Numbered from the stretch's first letter, positions 20,855-32,387 are shown. The stretch is 64,000 bases of DNA from an uncultured bacterium (GCA_963713925.1 OY970212.1:1088001-1152000), one strand, 5' to 3'. The notes: generated from the letters alone by a model not told the origin. Numbers and translations are program-made.

Positions 20855-21805
20855 TTACTTGTCCTTCAATTTTGATTTTCCAGAACGAGAATAAAAATGA
20901 GAAACGGCTGCACACGACTTGCTTCTCTTTTTTTGCTTTAATGATACAGCATCTGAAAAAAAGTTCTTCCAAGGGTCATTTCTTTTTAATATTTTTTTGA
21001 TATCTTTCAGTCGAAACTGATCAGATTTTTTAACAGACTTTTCAAGCTCGTGCCAAGAGAGCGGCAATGCGATCGGAGCTCCCTCTTTAGCGCGTAAGCT
21101 GTAGGGCGCTACTGCCGTTTGACCAAATTCATTACGAAGATAATCAATAAAAATTCTGTTGCCCCGTTTCTCTTTGCGAAGTTCCAAAGTAGTTACTTTC
21201 GGCAATCGTGCATTTAATTCAAGAGCAATATTACATGCAACATTTTTGACAATATCAAAAGCATAACGACGCTTGATGGGAACAACGACATGCAATCCAC
21301 GCGAACCGGTAGTCATCACATACGGATGATATCCATACGATTCTAACAGTTCTTTCAATACAAACGCCGTTTTTTTTATCGTCTCAAATGTTATTTTTCC
21401 TGAAGGATCAAGATCAAAAATGATCCGATCTGGTTTGTCAGGCATATCCGCCTTGCTCAGCCAACTGTGAAACACAAGCGTATTGTAATTGGCAAGATAG
21501 ACTATTTGCGTCTGACTCGTGAGCTGCACATAATGAACCTTTTTGCCATCTGCTCGAGCTATTTCAACTAATTTCATCTCTTGCGCAAAGCTCTCTGGAG
21601 CATCTTTGTGAAAAAAGCCTTCATGCCCAATCCCTTCAGGAAATCGCTGCATGACAATCAAATGGCCTTTAATGAGAGCCATCATTCGAGAAGCACACTG
21701 TTGATAGTACCGAGCGACCTTTCCTTTTGTAATCTTATCTACCGGATATAAAATCTTCGTTGCATGCGTAATTTCCACAAAACGATTACCACTTTTCAAC
21801 TTCAT
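20855..21805 (-). CDS. Stand-alone LigD polymerase (AEP/primase-like) domain protein
   Basis: RFPEGI..FFHK, PDRIIFDLDP, TTGSRGLHVVVP and IFIDYLRN...QTAVAPYSLRA motifs. Confidence 0.9.
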   Translation of the reverse strand: MKLKSGNRFVEITHATKILYPVDKITKGKVARYYQQCASRMMALIKGHLIVMQRFPEGIGHEGFFHKDAPESFAQEMKLVEIARADGKKVHYVQLTSQTQIVYLANYNTLVFHSWLSKADMPDKPDRIIFDLDPSGKITFETIKKTAFVLKELLESYGYHPYVMTTGSRGLHVVVPIKRRYAFDIVKNVACNIALELNARLPKVTTLELRKEKRGNRIFIDYLRNEFGQTAVAPYSLRAKEGAPIALPLSWHELEKSVKKSDQFRLKDIKKILKRNDPWKNFFSDAVSLKQKKRSKSCAAVSHFYSRSGKSKLKDK

Positions 21806-21863
21806 TACCACGTCCCCCTTATTGCATATCTCATTTTTTTTATACACAATCGGCACAAAAAAA

Positions 21864-21890
21864 AGATAGAGACATTTTCATGTCTCTATC
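21864..21890 (-). terminator. Rho-independent terminator
   Basis: GATAGAGACAT-TTTC-ATGTCTCTATC next to an A tract (U tract on the minus strand). Confidence 0.7.
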
Positions 21891-21913
21891 CGTACTTTCT
21901 TGAAAAGGTCTTT

Positions 21914-22306
21914 TTAGTTTTTGGTAACAGTCACCGCAAGTGTAACCGGGCCACCTTCCTCTTGATCAGGAACTATGGTGAAGAGAACTGGACTTCCCCA
22001 GTTTGATTCTACCGACCCTGACCCACGGCTAGTTATCGTATCTTTTCCATCTCTCACTTCTAAATCAAGAACAAGCTTAATATCAGATCCTGCTTGTTCC
22101 ACTGTGTCAAGCACGGTAATATGAAAATCTACAAAACCCGCTTTATTTTCTTGTTCAATTGACAATGTCGCGCGTTCGGAAAACGCAACATCAGCTTCAT
22201 GCTTCATTGATTGATCTTGAATTTTCAATTCTGTTTCAATATGAACTGTGGCATTTATCGCAAGGCAAAGCCCGAAAGCTGATGCCACCATTAATTTCTT
22301 TAGCAT
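21914..22306 (-). CDS. Secreted hypothetical protein
   Basis: Signal peptide; AAGGAA RBS. Confidence 0.7.
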   Translation of the reverse strand: MLKKLMVASAFGLCLAINATVHIETELKIQDQSMKHEADVAFSERATLSIEQENKAGFVDFHITVLDTVEQAGSDIKLVLDLEVRDGKDTITSRGSGSVESNWGSPVLFTIVPDQEEGGPVTLAVTVTKN

Positions 22307-22468
22307 AATATTTCCTTTTTTATTTTATCCAAAGCTGCCGCCGAGGGCCCCGATTTAGCCCCGGCTACTTGCCGGAGGTCCAGATTCAGGAAGTTGTATA
22401 TTCAAGAAAGCTCCCACATTCTAATCAAAGATGTTTAACAAGTAAAGGAAAAACGATGCAACAGATAG

Positions 22469-23089
22469 TCAATGAAGCCGTGGAGAAGTCCCCTTTTGAT
22501 AGTCTGGATTATTAGTCCACTTAACTTTTCCTGCATCGTCTAGAATGAAATATCTGTTTTGTCCTTCATACTTTTTTTTGAACAAAGGGAATATACCCTT
22601 CGGAATAGATATAGTTTGACCTCGCTCAAACGATTCTTTCGGTTTTGTTGCATTCCACTCAGGAAAATCTGTGTTCATTAGATACATCAATTTACCCTCC
22701 GGTATATCCAATCTATACCTATCGTTGCTTTTCCCATCGATGCTTCTCTCATTAAATACAGGCACCCACTTATCATCTTTATACTTAAAATTAGAAGGTC
22801 CTTTATATTTAATACGATAATAGGGTTCTCCGTTCACAATCGATTTATAAATATCCTCATAAAATGCTCCTTCAGATGTGTACTCAAGTGTAACAAGTTG
22901 TTCTTCTTTATTATCTATGTAAATTTTTCCTCTTGGTGCTATATGAGTTCCAGGTGCATTGGTTATTTTATAGTACGGAACATCTTCGGGCCGTGGACTT
23001 TGTAGATCGCGAATAGATTCGGGTTTGTCCGCCGCAAATGAAACAATATGTGTCATTGTTAAAAAAAGAAATAAAAAATTTTTCCTCAT
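22469..23089 (-). CDS. Secreted hypothetical protein, paralog of the N-terminal domain of 23483-25117
   Basis: Shares FYE..YKSIV.G.P.YRIKYK and RGQTISIP.GIFPLFKKKYEGQ with the neighbouring gene. Confidence 0.8.
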   Translation of the reverse strand: MRKNFLFLFLTMTHIVSFAADKPESIRDLQSPRPEDVPYYKITNAPGTHIAPRGKIYIDNKEEQLVTLEYTSEGAFYEDIYKSIVNGEPYYRIKYKGPSNFKYKDDKWVPVFNERSIDGKSNDRYRLDIPEGKLMYLMNTDFPEWNATKPKESFERGQTISIPKGIFPLFKKKYEGQNRYFILDDAGKVKWTNNPDYQKGTSPRLH

Positions 23090-23282
23090 CGCAAACTCCT
23101 GAAACAACAGACATTAATCATTATTTTCAAGTTTGTCATCTTTTACTGAAACAAAGCAACTGTTTAACTCCCACGCCCAAGACTGTGTCTTGTTAGAGTC
23201 CGTTGATTTTTTGAAAATCTCAATAAAATAGTTTCCAATCGTTTAAACGTCACTAAATAAAAATTCCGTGATGTAATATAAT

Positions 23283-23422
23283 CGTTGTGGTGAGCGAAGT
23301 TTCGGACCCCATGCGAATTCGGTGGCCCCCGAACGTCCTGTCGCGCCGCAGTCTATTAACGATGGCGGAAAGTGTGGGGTATAAGCTTGGGCAAAAGTGC
23401 AACGGAGTCGAACCATACGAAC
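23283..23422 (+). repeat. Expanded family A repeat
   Basis: GTGGTGAGCGAAG...GGAGTCGAACCATACGAAC with nested modules. Confidence 0.8.
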
Positions 23423-23482
23423 TTTTTTAATTGTATCTTTTTTGCATAATTCTTCATTTCTCGCTATCCATATGCATATCAG

Positions 23483-25117
23483 TTACCAGTGTCCCGGGTT
23501 CTTCCAATAATCCATAGTCATATACCCCTCAAAAATAGTTGGTATAATTTCCTCTCGTTCTACCCATATCAAGAACGGTTGGTTGATGATATATCGAGTC
23601 GGCTGAGAGATAGGTGCGGAACCACGCATCATTCCCACTGTAACGGCTGTTTCAAATTTCGCCCCAATTTCATTCATTTGAAACTTTATTTCTTGTAGAG
23701 CTTGGTTAACGGTATACGCTCCAAATCGAAGACCCATTAATGTATCTAATTGCTTTTCCACCTTACAATCAATCATGGGAAAGACGAGCTCATTATAATA
23801 AGAAGATTGACCCTTTTTACTGCTTATAGCATCTTTAATAGCATTAATTTCCAAAGAAATTTCGTCTTCCGTCGGCGGATGACCAAAATATGGCTTGTCT
23901 TTCTTTGCTGCCATATAAACAAGATCGTTACTCTTAGTTACCAATTGAATGACCGTTATCTCTGCGCCGAACTTATCAAAACGCATATTGGGCTCTCGTG
24001 TAGAATTTTTCATTATTACCACAGGAAATTTCTGACTATCGTTAAGCGTAAGTGTCCCATTGCTACCCTTAAACAGCCATTGAACAAGAATCTTTTGGAT
24101 AGTAACAACTCCCAAACCGTTAGTCGGGAAGGGATTCAATCGAATCGAAAAACCATGAGTCGCAAGTACATTATTGAGAAGATTATAATTATTTGATGCG
24201 GTCGCTATTAATTCTTGATTGTTAAATGCTGTCAATCGTTTATCACCTTGTTGGCTGTATGAAAGATACTGCTGCTTAAAATTTTGTTGCGCATTTAGCA
24301 TATCAGTAGCTCTTGTAGCAGTAAGACATTCATCTATTGCTCTCATAATGCTAAACGGAGCCAGCAAAGGTCCGGATTGTGTCGTTTGACCCCCTCTGTA
24401 AACCGGTTGCGGTGTAGACGGGGAAGGCAATGGTACTTCATGTGTTTGCGAAACACCCGCTGCCGCTGAAGCCGATGGAGTTGATGATAATCCACGATGT
24501 GTTGACGTGGCAGCCGCTGAAGCCTCCGCTAGCTTGCTTGTTACAGGATACCTTGAATGATTATTACTCCAAACAACTTCCCCCACATCATCTAGAATGA
24601 AATATATGTCTTGCCCTTCATACTTTTTTTTGAATAAGGGGAATATGCCACTAGGAATAGATATCGTTTGACCTCGCAAAAATGATTCTTCGCGTTTTTC
24701 AGGAGAAGAGGAGTCCCAATGAGGAAAATCTAAGTTTTTTAGTAACACCAATTTGTCGCGAAGTATATCACTTCTACTATAATTCTTTCCATCATTAAAT
24801 ACAGGCTCCCATCTATCATCTGCATACTTAAAATGAGGAGTTGTTTTATATTTAATTCGGTAAAAAGGGTCCCCTGTCACAATCGATTTATAAACAGCCT
24901 CATAAAATTTTCCTTGAGACGGGTAATCATATACAAGGGGTTGACCATTAGGGATCGTGTAAACAAGTCCCCTTGGTGTTACCGATACATGTTCGTCATA
25001 ATAAATAGAGTTGGTATTTGCGTCGTCTTGAAGCTTGGGAATAGGATTGGATTCTTCTGCTGCAAATGAAACAATATGTATCATTGTTAAAAAAAGAAAT
25101 AAAAACTGTTTCCTCAT
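23483..25117 (-). CDS. Secreted protein: orphan N-domain, low-complexity linker and serpin-like C-terminal domain
   Basis: C-terminus EIKFQMNEIGAKFETAVTVGMMRGSAP...YIINQPFLIWV...IFEG resembles the serpin hinge, reactive loop and 'NHPF' region. Confidence 0.65.
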   Translation of the reverse strand: MRKQFLFLFLTMIHIVSFAAEESNPIPKLQDDANTNSIYYDEHVSVTPRGLVYTIPNGQPLVYDYPSQGKFYEAVYKSIVTGDPFYRIKYKTTPHFKYADDRWEPVFNDGKNYSRSDILRDKLVLLKNLDFPHWDSSSPEKREESFLRGQTISIPSGIFPLFKKKYEGQDIYFILDDVGEVVWSNNHSRYPVTSKLAEASAAATSTHRGLSSTPSASAAAGVSQTHEVPLPSPSTPQPVYRGGQTTQSGPLLAPFSIMRAIDECLTATRATDMLNAQQNFKQQYLSYSQQGDKRLTAFNNQELIATASNNYNLLNNVLATHGFSIRLNPFPTNGLGVVTIQKILVQWLFKGSNGTLTLNDSQKFPVVIMKNSTREPNMRFDKFGAEITVIQLVTKSNDLVYMAAKKDKPYFGHPPTEDEISLEINAIKDAISSKKGQSSYYNELVFPMIDCKVEKQLDTLMGLRFGAYTVNQALQEIKFQMNEIGAKFETAVTVGMMRGSAPISQPTRYIINQPFLIWVEREEIIPTIFEGYMTMDYWKNPGHW

Positions 25118-25267
25118 CGCAACCCCTTGAAACAACAGACATTAATTATTATTTTCAAGTTTGTCATATTTTACTGTAACAAAGCAACAGCTTAACTCCC
25201 ATGATCAAGACTGTGTCTTGTTAGAGTCCGTTGATTTTTTGAAAATCTCAATAAAATAGTTTCCAAT

Positions 25268-25484
25268 CGTTCGTGGTGAGCGAAGTTTCGGGCCCCCTGC
25301 GAATTCGGGGCCCCCATACGTAAGTGTGGGGTATAAGCTTGGGCAAAAGTGCAACGGAGTCGAACCATACGAACTTTTTTATTTGTATCTTTTTGCAAAA
25401 TTCTTCATTTCTCGCTATCCATATGCATATTTATTTTTTGTTCGTATGGTTCGACTGCACTACGTTCCGCTCACCACGAACGGT
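25268..25484. repeat. Inverted pair of family A repeats (expanded plus minimal)
   Basis: Forward copy 25268-25373; reverse minimal copy GTTCGTATGGTTCGAC..CTCACCACGAACGG at about 25440-25483. Confidence 0.8.
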
Positions 25485-25598
25485 TAATGTAAAAAATCAA
25501 TTAAGTGTCGATCGGATATCACGAGCAATTCATTTTAACCCCGGCAAGTAGCCGGGGGCCCGTTTCAGCGCAAAAAACTCTTTGAGGCACTATTTCAA

Positions 25599-28049
25599 CT
25601 ATTGCACAACAAAATTAATCAAGCGATCCGCTATATAGATGACTTTGACAACTTCTCCAAGCGCGAGCCATTTGGCAATTGCTGCCTCTGCTTTTGGCTG
25701 CACTTCTTTTTGAGAAAGCCCTTTTGCTACCGTCACATGAGCGCGTAACTTGCCATTGATTTGCACAACGATATCGACTGTTGATTCTTGCGCAGCAACC
25801 GGATCGTAGACCGGCCAGGCGCATTCAGACAATTGCTTGTCGCACAATTGTTCCAACAATTCTGAGGCCACATGCGGCGCGAATGATGAAAGTGCGACAA
25901 AAAGCTTTTCAAGTGTTGCCATGCTGAGCTTCATTTTTTCTGCCATAGCATGGTTGAGCCATTCCATAAGCGCTGAAATAGCAGTGTTTGGTTTGTAGAG
26001 ATCCAAACGTTCTTGGAATTTTTTCAAGAATTGATGGAAATGGTGCGTCACTTCCGGAGCTTCTTGTTCCGATTTGCTCACGTGATGTTGAGAATCGGTC
26101 ACATAGGTGTACAACCGATATATGAATCGACGAATTCCCTCAAGCCCCGTGTCTTGCCATTCACAATCAAGTTCTGGTGGTCCCATGAACAGAATGTACA
26201 TGCGTAATACATCGGTGCCATATTTTTCTATCATCTCATCGGGGCTAACAACATTGCCTTTTGATTTTGACATTTTTTCAATTTGGCCTGATTTCTCAGA
26301 ATATTTCAACACCATGCCTTGATTGAACAATTGTTTAAATGGCTCGTTAAATGGCAGATGCCCCAAATCAAACAAGACTTTGACCCAGAAGCGCGCGTAA
26401 AGCAAATGCAAAATCGCGTGCTCAATGCCGCCGACATACAAATCAACCGGTAGCCAATAGTTCATGTCTTTCATATCCCATGCTTTATTCGTCAAGTCCG
26501 GATTTGGATAGCGCAAGAAATACCAACAGGAGCCGGCCCATTGTGGCATGGTATTTGTTTCACGTTTTGCTGCGCCATTGCATTGTGGACATTTTACATT
26601 CACCCAATCTTGAATGGCCGCAAGCGGTGATTCCCCGGTGCCGGTTGGTTGATATTTTTCAACTTCAGGCAATCTGACTGGCAATTGATCTTCAGGAACA
26701 GGAACAACCCCACATTTTGAGCAATGAATGAGCGGTATCGGTTCACCCCAATAGCGTTGGCGAGAGAAAATCCAATCGCGCAATTTGTAGGTGACCATGC
26801 GTTCGCCATGTCCTTGATTGACAATCTCATCAATGATACGTGTGCGGCCTTCGCTCTTGGCATCGAGACCGTTGAATGACCCGGAATTGATTAATGGGCC
26901 AGATCCTTCACCAATGGGTTCGGTGACATTGTCGTGTCCATCAATCTTTTGTTTGTAGTCGATAACCGGCATACGTCGTAAATCAAATGCTGTCGCAAAG
27001 TCAAAATCGCGTTGATCATGCGCAGGCACGCCCATGACAATTCCAGTGCCATATGAAAAGAGTACATAATCGGCAACATAAATCGGAACGGTGCCCCCGG
27101 TTACCGGATTGGTCGCCCAACTTCCCGTGAATACACCTGTTTTAACTTTTGAATCATCAACAGATTCGCCCATTGCATGAGCTGCTTTGGCAAGTTTGCG
27201 ATAATTTTCGACATCTTCTTGCTCTGCTGAGCGGGTAATTTTTGTAACCAGCTCATGTTCCGGGGCCATGACTAAAAATGAAACGCCGAATATCGTCTCA
27301 GGGCAGGTGGTAAAGACGGGAAGATCGACCCGTTTATTTTCTCGGTCAATCGTGTGGAAAACAATCGAAGCACCTTCGCTTTTGCCGATCCAGTTGCGCT
27401 GCATCATTTTTACTTTTTCTGGCCACTCGAGCGTATCAAGGCCGTCAAGCAATTTTTCGGCATAATCAGTGATTTTGAGCACCCACTGCGGGATATTTTT
27501 TTTAGTAACCTGCGTGCCGCATCGCTCACAACCACCGTCGACAACTTCTTCATTGGCAAGCCCGGTCAAGCATGAGGGGCACCAATTGATTGGCATATTG
27601 GTGCGATAGGCTAGACCAGCCTTATACATTTGTAAAAAGATCCACTGGGTCCACTTGTAATAGTCCGGATCCGTGGTGTTTACTTCTTTATCCCAGTCAT
27701 AGATTGCCGCAATTTGTTTCAATTGACGTCTGAAGTTTTCAATATTGGCAGCCGTGCTGATCTGGGGCAAGATACCTTTTTTGATCGCGTCATTTTCAGC
27801 CGGCAATCCAAAGGCATCCCAACCCATTGGATGAAGAACATTGTATCCTTCAAGCACCTTGATGCGTGCGTACACATCTGATAAGACATATCCCCGCCAG
27901 TGGCCCACGTGCAAGCCCGAACCTGATGGATAGGGGAACATATCAAGACAATAGTATTTTTCGCCGCTCCCGGTCGGCTGCGTTTTAACAGGATGTTCTT
28001 CCCATCTACGTTGCCATTTTTTTTCTATTGCTTGAAAGTCGTATGACAT
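25599..28049 (-). CDS. leuS: Leucine--tRNA ligase
   Basis: [32 protein letters not shown] and KMSKS motifs. Confidence 0.98.
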   Translation of the reverse strand: MSYDFQAIEKKWQRRWEEHPVKTQPTGSGEKYYCLDMFPYPSGSGLHVGHWRGYVLSDVYARIKVLEGYNVLHPMGWDAFGLPAENDAIKKGILPQISTAANIENFRRQLKQIAAIYDWDKEVNTTDPDYYKWTQWIFLQMYKAGLAYRTNMPINWCPSCLTGLANEEVVDGGCERCGTQVTKKNIPQWVLKITDYAEKLLDGLDTLEWPEKVKMMQRNWIGKSEGASIVFHTIDRENKRVDLPVFTTCPETIFGVSFLVMAPEHELVTKITRSAEQEDVENYRKLAKAAHAMGESVDDSKVKTGVFTGSWATNPVTGGTVPIYVADYVLFSYGTGIVMGVPAHDQRDFDFATAFDLRRMPVIDYKQKIDGHDNVTEPIGEGSGPLINSGSFNGLDAKSEGRTRIIDEIVNQGHGERMVTYKLRDWIFSRQRYWGEPIPLIHCSKCGVVPVPEDQLPVRLPEVEKYQPTGTGESPLAAIQDWVNVKCPQCNGAAKRETNTMPQWAGSCWYFLRYPNPDLTNKAWDMKDMNYWLPVDLYVGGIEHAILHLLYARFWVKVLFDLGHLPFNEPFKQLFNQGMVLKYSEKSGQIEKMSKSKGNVVSPDEMIEKYGTDVLRMYILFMGPPELDCEWQDTGLEGIRRFIYRLYTYVTDSQHHVSKSEQEAPEVTHHFHQFLKKFQERLDLYKPNTAISALMEWLNHAMAEKMKLSMATLEKLFVALSSFAPHVASELLEQLCDKQLSECAWPVYDPVAAQESTVDIVVQINGKLRAHVTVAKGLSQKEVQPKAEAAIAKWLALGEVVKVIYIADRLINFVVQ

Positions 28050-28171
28050 ATGATTACCTTTTAGAAGAGCGGTCAAAATTTTTATTTCTCAATTGTGATA
28101 ATGACATTTTAACAAAAAATGTAAAAGCTCTCAAAAATAATCATTGTCAATAATTTTAAGAAAGCCTCAGT

Positions 28172-28786
28172 ATGCAAAATAAACAAATCAAACCACAATC
28201 CACTTCTTCCTTACAAGAACATATTCTCGTCGTCCCGAGGGACACCCTCTTTGCACAACAACCATCCTGGCACGGGATCAAAAAAGATGGGCTCAATGAA
28301 TTTCTTGAAACAATAAAAACGCATCAAGAATTTCATTTGAGAAGCAGCATGGAGCAAGATCCTCGCTATAAACAGATCATTCCCTACTTGATCTTCCGCC
28401 ATGGGCAAACGTATTTTTTGATGCAACGAACCGCACATACAACCGAACAACGTCTAAAAAACAAACTGAGCATTGGTATCGGCGGGCATATGCGCCAAGA
28501 AGATATGATCAATGGTTCAACCGTTTTTGATTGGGCTCGCCGCGAATTTCATGAAGAAGTCTTTTACAGCGGACGCTTGGAAGTCACGCCGCTCGGCATG
28601 ATCAATGATGATACCACTGAGGTTGGCCAAGTACATATCGGCCTTGCATTACTGCTTGATGGATTTAATGGGCAAATCAGCGTGAAATCAGAACTCAAGA
28701 GCGGGACGCTCGTGAGCCTCGAAGAACTCCGGCGGGTGAGCCCTGACCTTGAGACTTGGAGCCAAATGGTGCTTGAGCTGTTATAG
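28172..28786 (+). CDS. NUDIX-like predicted phosphoesterase
   Basis: YKQIIPY, SIGIGGH, ARREFHEE and VGQVHIG motifs. Confidence 0.8.
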   Translation: MQNKQIKPQSTSSLQEHILVVPRDTLFAQQPSWHGIKKDGLNEFLETIKTHQEFHLRSSMEQDPRYKQIIPYLIFRHGQTYFLMQRTAHTTEQRLKNKLSIGIGGHMRQEDMINGSTVFDWARREFHEEVFYSGRLEVTPLGMINDDTTEVGQVHIGLALLLDGFNGQISVKSELKSGTLVSLEELRRVSPDLETWSQMVLELL

Positions 28787-30370
28787 GCCAAGCTTTTCTT
28801 TTGCCGCATTTAAAATTTTAGATATCTTCTCTGCTAATTGCTTATCTTCGGCAGATATATATTTATCAGGATGATATTTTGATATCAATGTAAGATATGC
28901 TTTTTTCATTTCTTTCTTTGTTGCTTTGTCGGATAACCCGAGAATCATGAACGGCTTTCCATATTTTTCATACGTAAACGCATATTTATAATAATCTTGC
29001 AACGATTCGGGTAACGTGTCGCTTTTGACCGAATAATCAAAAGCAGGCTCATCTTTCGCAAAAGCAGAATAATCGGAATCGGAAGCAGAGTTATCATACC
29101 CATACCCTAAATCCCCGACTTTCAGGCGAAACTCGATTCCGGAAAGTACTGTCTTCTTATATATTGTTCCATTTCGCTTAATATATGTATAATTATATCC
29201 CTTAGGTTTCTCACGGAAAAATTCTTCCGAACCATATTGTGAACGCGCGATGTGATTCAGTTCATCCACTATTCCTTCAGCTAAAAATGGATATACGCGC
29301 ATTCCATTTGAAAGACGAATCCAATTCTTAGTCCCAATTGTGAAAGTATACAAGCTAGCGTAAGCCCATTTTTCTATCACTGATTTATCAAGACCAGTAA
29401 ATAATTTTTCACCGTTTGTAGCTTTCATGGAAGCTTTGATCAACCAAGGATTGTTCGAAAACAGAATAATGTTTCGCATGGGTCTTAGTGAAAGTTGACT
29501 ATTTCCGCCTTCTCTAGCAAGTGCGGAGATGTGATCATCATCAATGGCTATCCCCCTATCTGTCAGCACTTTTACTAATTTTTCATAAAAAGGGTCTAGC
29601 TTCTTATCTTTTAAAATTTTTTCGGCAGTATTCTCGATGTCCGCAAAAAGTTTTTCCTCATCGGTGTGATGCGTCGATGCATTTAAAGCCAATGCATCTA
29701 TTTTTACATGATATTCCTTAATCACGGAAGCGAGGAGATAGTTTTGCAATAAATCGACAATCAAGGATTGCCCACGGGGATTATATGCAAAAAAAAGCGA
29801 TTTAACGGGAAAACCTGAGACTACCTCCATTATTTTGTCATTATATTTTTGCAAATTATAACCGTCAGGCCATTTCAAATCATCAGTCAAGGCAGCTCCC
29901 AGAAATGCTGCATCTTTTTTTCGTTTTTCAACCTCTTGCTCGGTCTCCAATGAACCATCATCTTTGACAAAGGGTTGGTTATATCCTCCACCTTCAAACG
30001 AATAATCAACCTTAGGTAAGCCAAACCAAGATTTCAGACTATCAAACAAGCCTCGTTTTTGCGTGATAGGCCCTTGTTGTTTAAAAACAGTGGCAGCTGC
30101 CGCTGGAAACACGGCATTTGTACGCTCGGGCATTATTCTTGGAGCGGGAGAAAATCTTTGAATTGGAGATGCATAAGAAGTTGGAGTTGTGGCAGGAGCA
30201 ACGTTTTGTCGATATGGCAATTGATTCACCGGTCTTTGCGCTTGTTGCCTATCAAAACGGACCGCAGGTTGCCGCCTGATTTGAGCTTGCGGAGCTCGAT
30301 ATAACATGGCATAAACCTGAGGCATGCTCGCTGCAAGCATTAAAAACAAATAGCTTACTTTTCGCTTCAT
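28781..30370 (-). CDS. Secreted protein with a C-terminal DnaJ domain
   Basis: Signal peptide; ILGL...MKKAY...KYHPDK J-domain. Confidence 0.85.
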   Translation of the reverse strand: MKRKVSYLFLMLAASMPQVYAMLYRAPQAQIRRQPAVRFDRQQAQRPVNQLPYRQNVAPATTPTSYASPIQRFSPAPRIMPERTNAVFPAAAATVFKQQGPITQKRGLFDSLKSWFGLPKVDYSFEGGGYNQPFVKDDGSLETEQEVEKRKKDAAFLGAALTDDLKWPDGYNLQKYNDKIMEVVSGFPVKSLFFAYNPRGQSLIVDLLQNYLLASVIKEYHVKIDALALNASTHHTDEEKLFADIENTAEKILKDKKLDPFYEKLVKVLTDRGIAIDDDHISALAREGGNSQLSLRPMRNIILFSNNPWLIKASMKATNGEKLFTGLDKSVIEKWAYASLYTFTIGTKNWIRLSNGMRVYPFLAEGIVDELNHIARSQYGSEEFFREKPKGYNYTYIKRNGTIYKKTVLSGIEFRLKVGDLGYGYDNSASDSDYSAFAKDEPAFDYSVKSDTLPESLQDYYKYAFTYEKYGKPFMILGLSDKATKKEMKKAYLTLISKYHPDKYISAEDKQLAEKISKILNAAKEKLGL

Positions 30371-30474
30371 AGACTGCCTCTTACACAAATATAATATTTT
30401 TCAATAGAATCATCTTTGTTTGATTATATATAATATATATGTATAATTGCAATGTTATAAAATAATAAAACAGG

Positions 30475-30523
30475 GCATACGCATCAAAAAAACTTATAAA
30501 CTAAGGGTTTTTGATGCGTATGC
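30475..30523. other. Intergenic hairpin between divergent genes
   Basis: GCATACGCATCAAAAA ... TTTTTGATGCGTATGC, a 16-bp stem. Confidence 0.6.
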
Positions 30524-30631
30524 TTTGCCGATTCATTGATTTCTATTTGAAACAAACAGTAGGATTAAAAGAGCTAGTAATAAATTAATAAAAACAGATA
30601 AAAACCATATTGCGCAAAAAAAGGGCAAAAA

Positions 30632-31108
30632 ATGAATATCTCTGAGAAAAAACAGTCGTCAATGATATTTGTGTTCGCTCTGTTTTGTGTACATTCATGC
30701 CAGGTGAGCGCGAGCGCATTTCATAAAGCACAACTTAAAGCAGAACAACCAAGACAACAAAAAGACGACGCCAACGCGCAACGGCTTAAAACATTGGTTA
30801 CTGACCTGATACTGAATAACCAAACTTATTTCGCACAAGATGAACAAAAAATTACAAATGAACCGATCCCAGTTGAGATCTCAGCAAGTCTGTTGCAAAT
30901 AATGCTCATAATGGGAAATCTTCCGCTCTACGTCACCATTTCATTACAAACCGATAATGATAAAACAAATAAGGTTTTGGTATCACTTTTGCCCAAACTG
31001 AAATTCATCCTCAGATCAACTATGCGTCAACACTTAATGACTCCTGAGCAGTTCCGACGCCTCAGGGATAGGCTAGAAATATTAATGCCGGGGCAGCTGG
31101 GTCTTTAA
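30632..31108 (+). CDS. Hypothetical protein (probable signal peptide)
   Basis: 158-aa ORF with a hydrophobic N-terminus. Confidence 0.65.
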   Translation: MNISEKKQSSMIFVFALFCVHSCQVSASAFHKAQLKAEQPRQQKDDANAQRLKTLVTDLILNNQTYFAQDEQKITNEPIPVEISASLLQIMLIMGNLPLYVTISLQTDNDKTNKVLVSLLPKLKFILRSTMRQHLMTPEQFRRLRDRLEILMPGQLGL

Positions 31109-31271
31109 TAAAAATAAGAGACAAACCCCACGCGCAAGCTCGAAGACCTTCGGGAAAAACGATTGAGTTCATCACTTTATTAATTTCATTGACATGAAGA
31201 AGAAAAGTTTCTGAATCTTTGCATGAGCACAGAAAAAATTGTGATACATTTCTTGAGAGGAAATAGTAATA

Positions 31272-32387
31272 ATGCAAAAAATACAGAATCATGTCTTCAG
31301 CATGCTCTTTTTATGCATGCCGATGTATGTAGATGCACTCAATAGAGTTGTTGCAACTATACCCGTGGGAGACACCCCAGCTGGAATCGCAGTTACTCCG
31401 GACAATCGTTTTGCATACGTTGCGAATAACAATAATGATGGCATCCCGGGTGGAGATACCGTTAGTGTTATAAATTTGGCGACGAACACTGTTATACAAA
31501 CAATTAGTGATCCCAGTTTTAATGAGCCTTATACTGTTACTATTAATGCTGCAGGCACAAGGGCGTATGTCACCAATAGCAATGGCACAACCGTCACCAT
31601 TATAGACATAGCCACGAATGAAGTTATCGGCACCATTACTGGATTTGATGGTCCATCCGGCTTTGCTATAACTCCCGATGGGAACACCGCATATGTGAAT
31701 AATTATGGTAGTCCTCCACCGGGTGTCGGCAGCGGTAATGCAACAACGGTACGCGTTGTTAATTTAAATACGAATACTATTGTAGGCCCTCCAATCACGG
31801 TTGGACTCGCTCCTGCATCACTTGCGATAACCCCAGATGGCGAATTTGTATATGTCATTAACTATGTCGATGGCAATCCCGGGACCGGAACAACAAGTAT
31901 TATACGAACAAGTGATAATACGGTAGTTGGCACAATACCTGGCTTTTCAGGGCCATTTTCAATTGCAATCACACCCAATGGTTGCTTTGCCTATATCACT
32001 AATTTTGGAAGTAATAACTTTTCACCGGTAGGGACAACCGTCAGCGTTGTTAACTTAAAAACCAATACCGTGATTGCAACTATTCAAGTTGGCACTCAGC
32101 CATCAGGAATTGCCATCACTCCAAATGGTTGTTTTGCGTATGTTACCAATTACAATACATTGTACCTCGGACCTAACTTTACCAATCTAACGGCGGGCGT
32201 AGGAACAGTCTATGTTATTGATATTGCAACCAACAAATTATTGTGTCCTGTCATAGTAACCGGCTCATCACCTGCTAATATTGCAATATCCCCGAATGGT
32301 TGCTTTGCATATGTTACTAATTATACGTCTCACACGGTAAGCGTCATTAATATTTTTGATAGAATGTGGATTGGCACTCGAAACTAA
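31272..32387 (+). CDS. YVTN/YncE-family beta-propeller repeat protein
   Basis: About seven repeats of P.GIAITP.G.FAYV.N....VSVI. Confidence 0.9.
   Translation: MQKIQNHVFSMLFLCMPMYVDALNRVVATIPVGDTPAGIAVTPDNRFAYVANNNNDGIPGGDTVSVINLATNTVIQTISDPSFNEPYTVTINAAGTRAYVTNSNGTTVTIIDIATNEVIGTITGFDGPSGFAITPDGNTAYVNNYGSPPPGVGSGNATTVRVVNLNTNTIVGPPITVGLAPASLAITPDGEFVYVINYVDGNPGTGTTSIIRTSDNTVVGTIPGFSGPFSIAITPNGCFAYITNFGSNNFSPVGTTVSVVNLKTNTVIATIQVGTQPSGIAITPNGCFAYVTNYNTLYLGPNFTNLTAGVGTVYVIDIATNKLLCPVIVTGSSPANIAISPNGCFAYVTNYTSHTVSVINIFDRMWIGTRN

Noticed and set aside
20511..20972. ORFs over repeat regions (also 10157-10636, 25192-25551, 38356-38688)
   Set aside because: They are translations of GC-rich palindromic repeats with no protein features.
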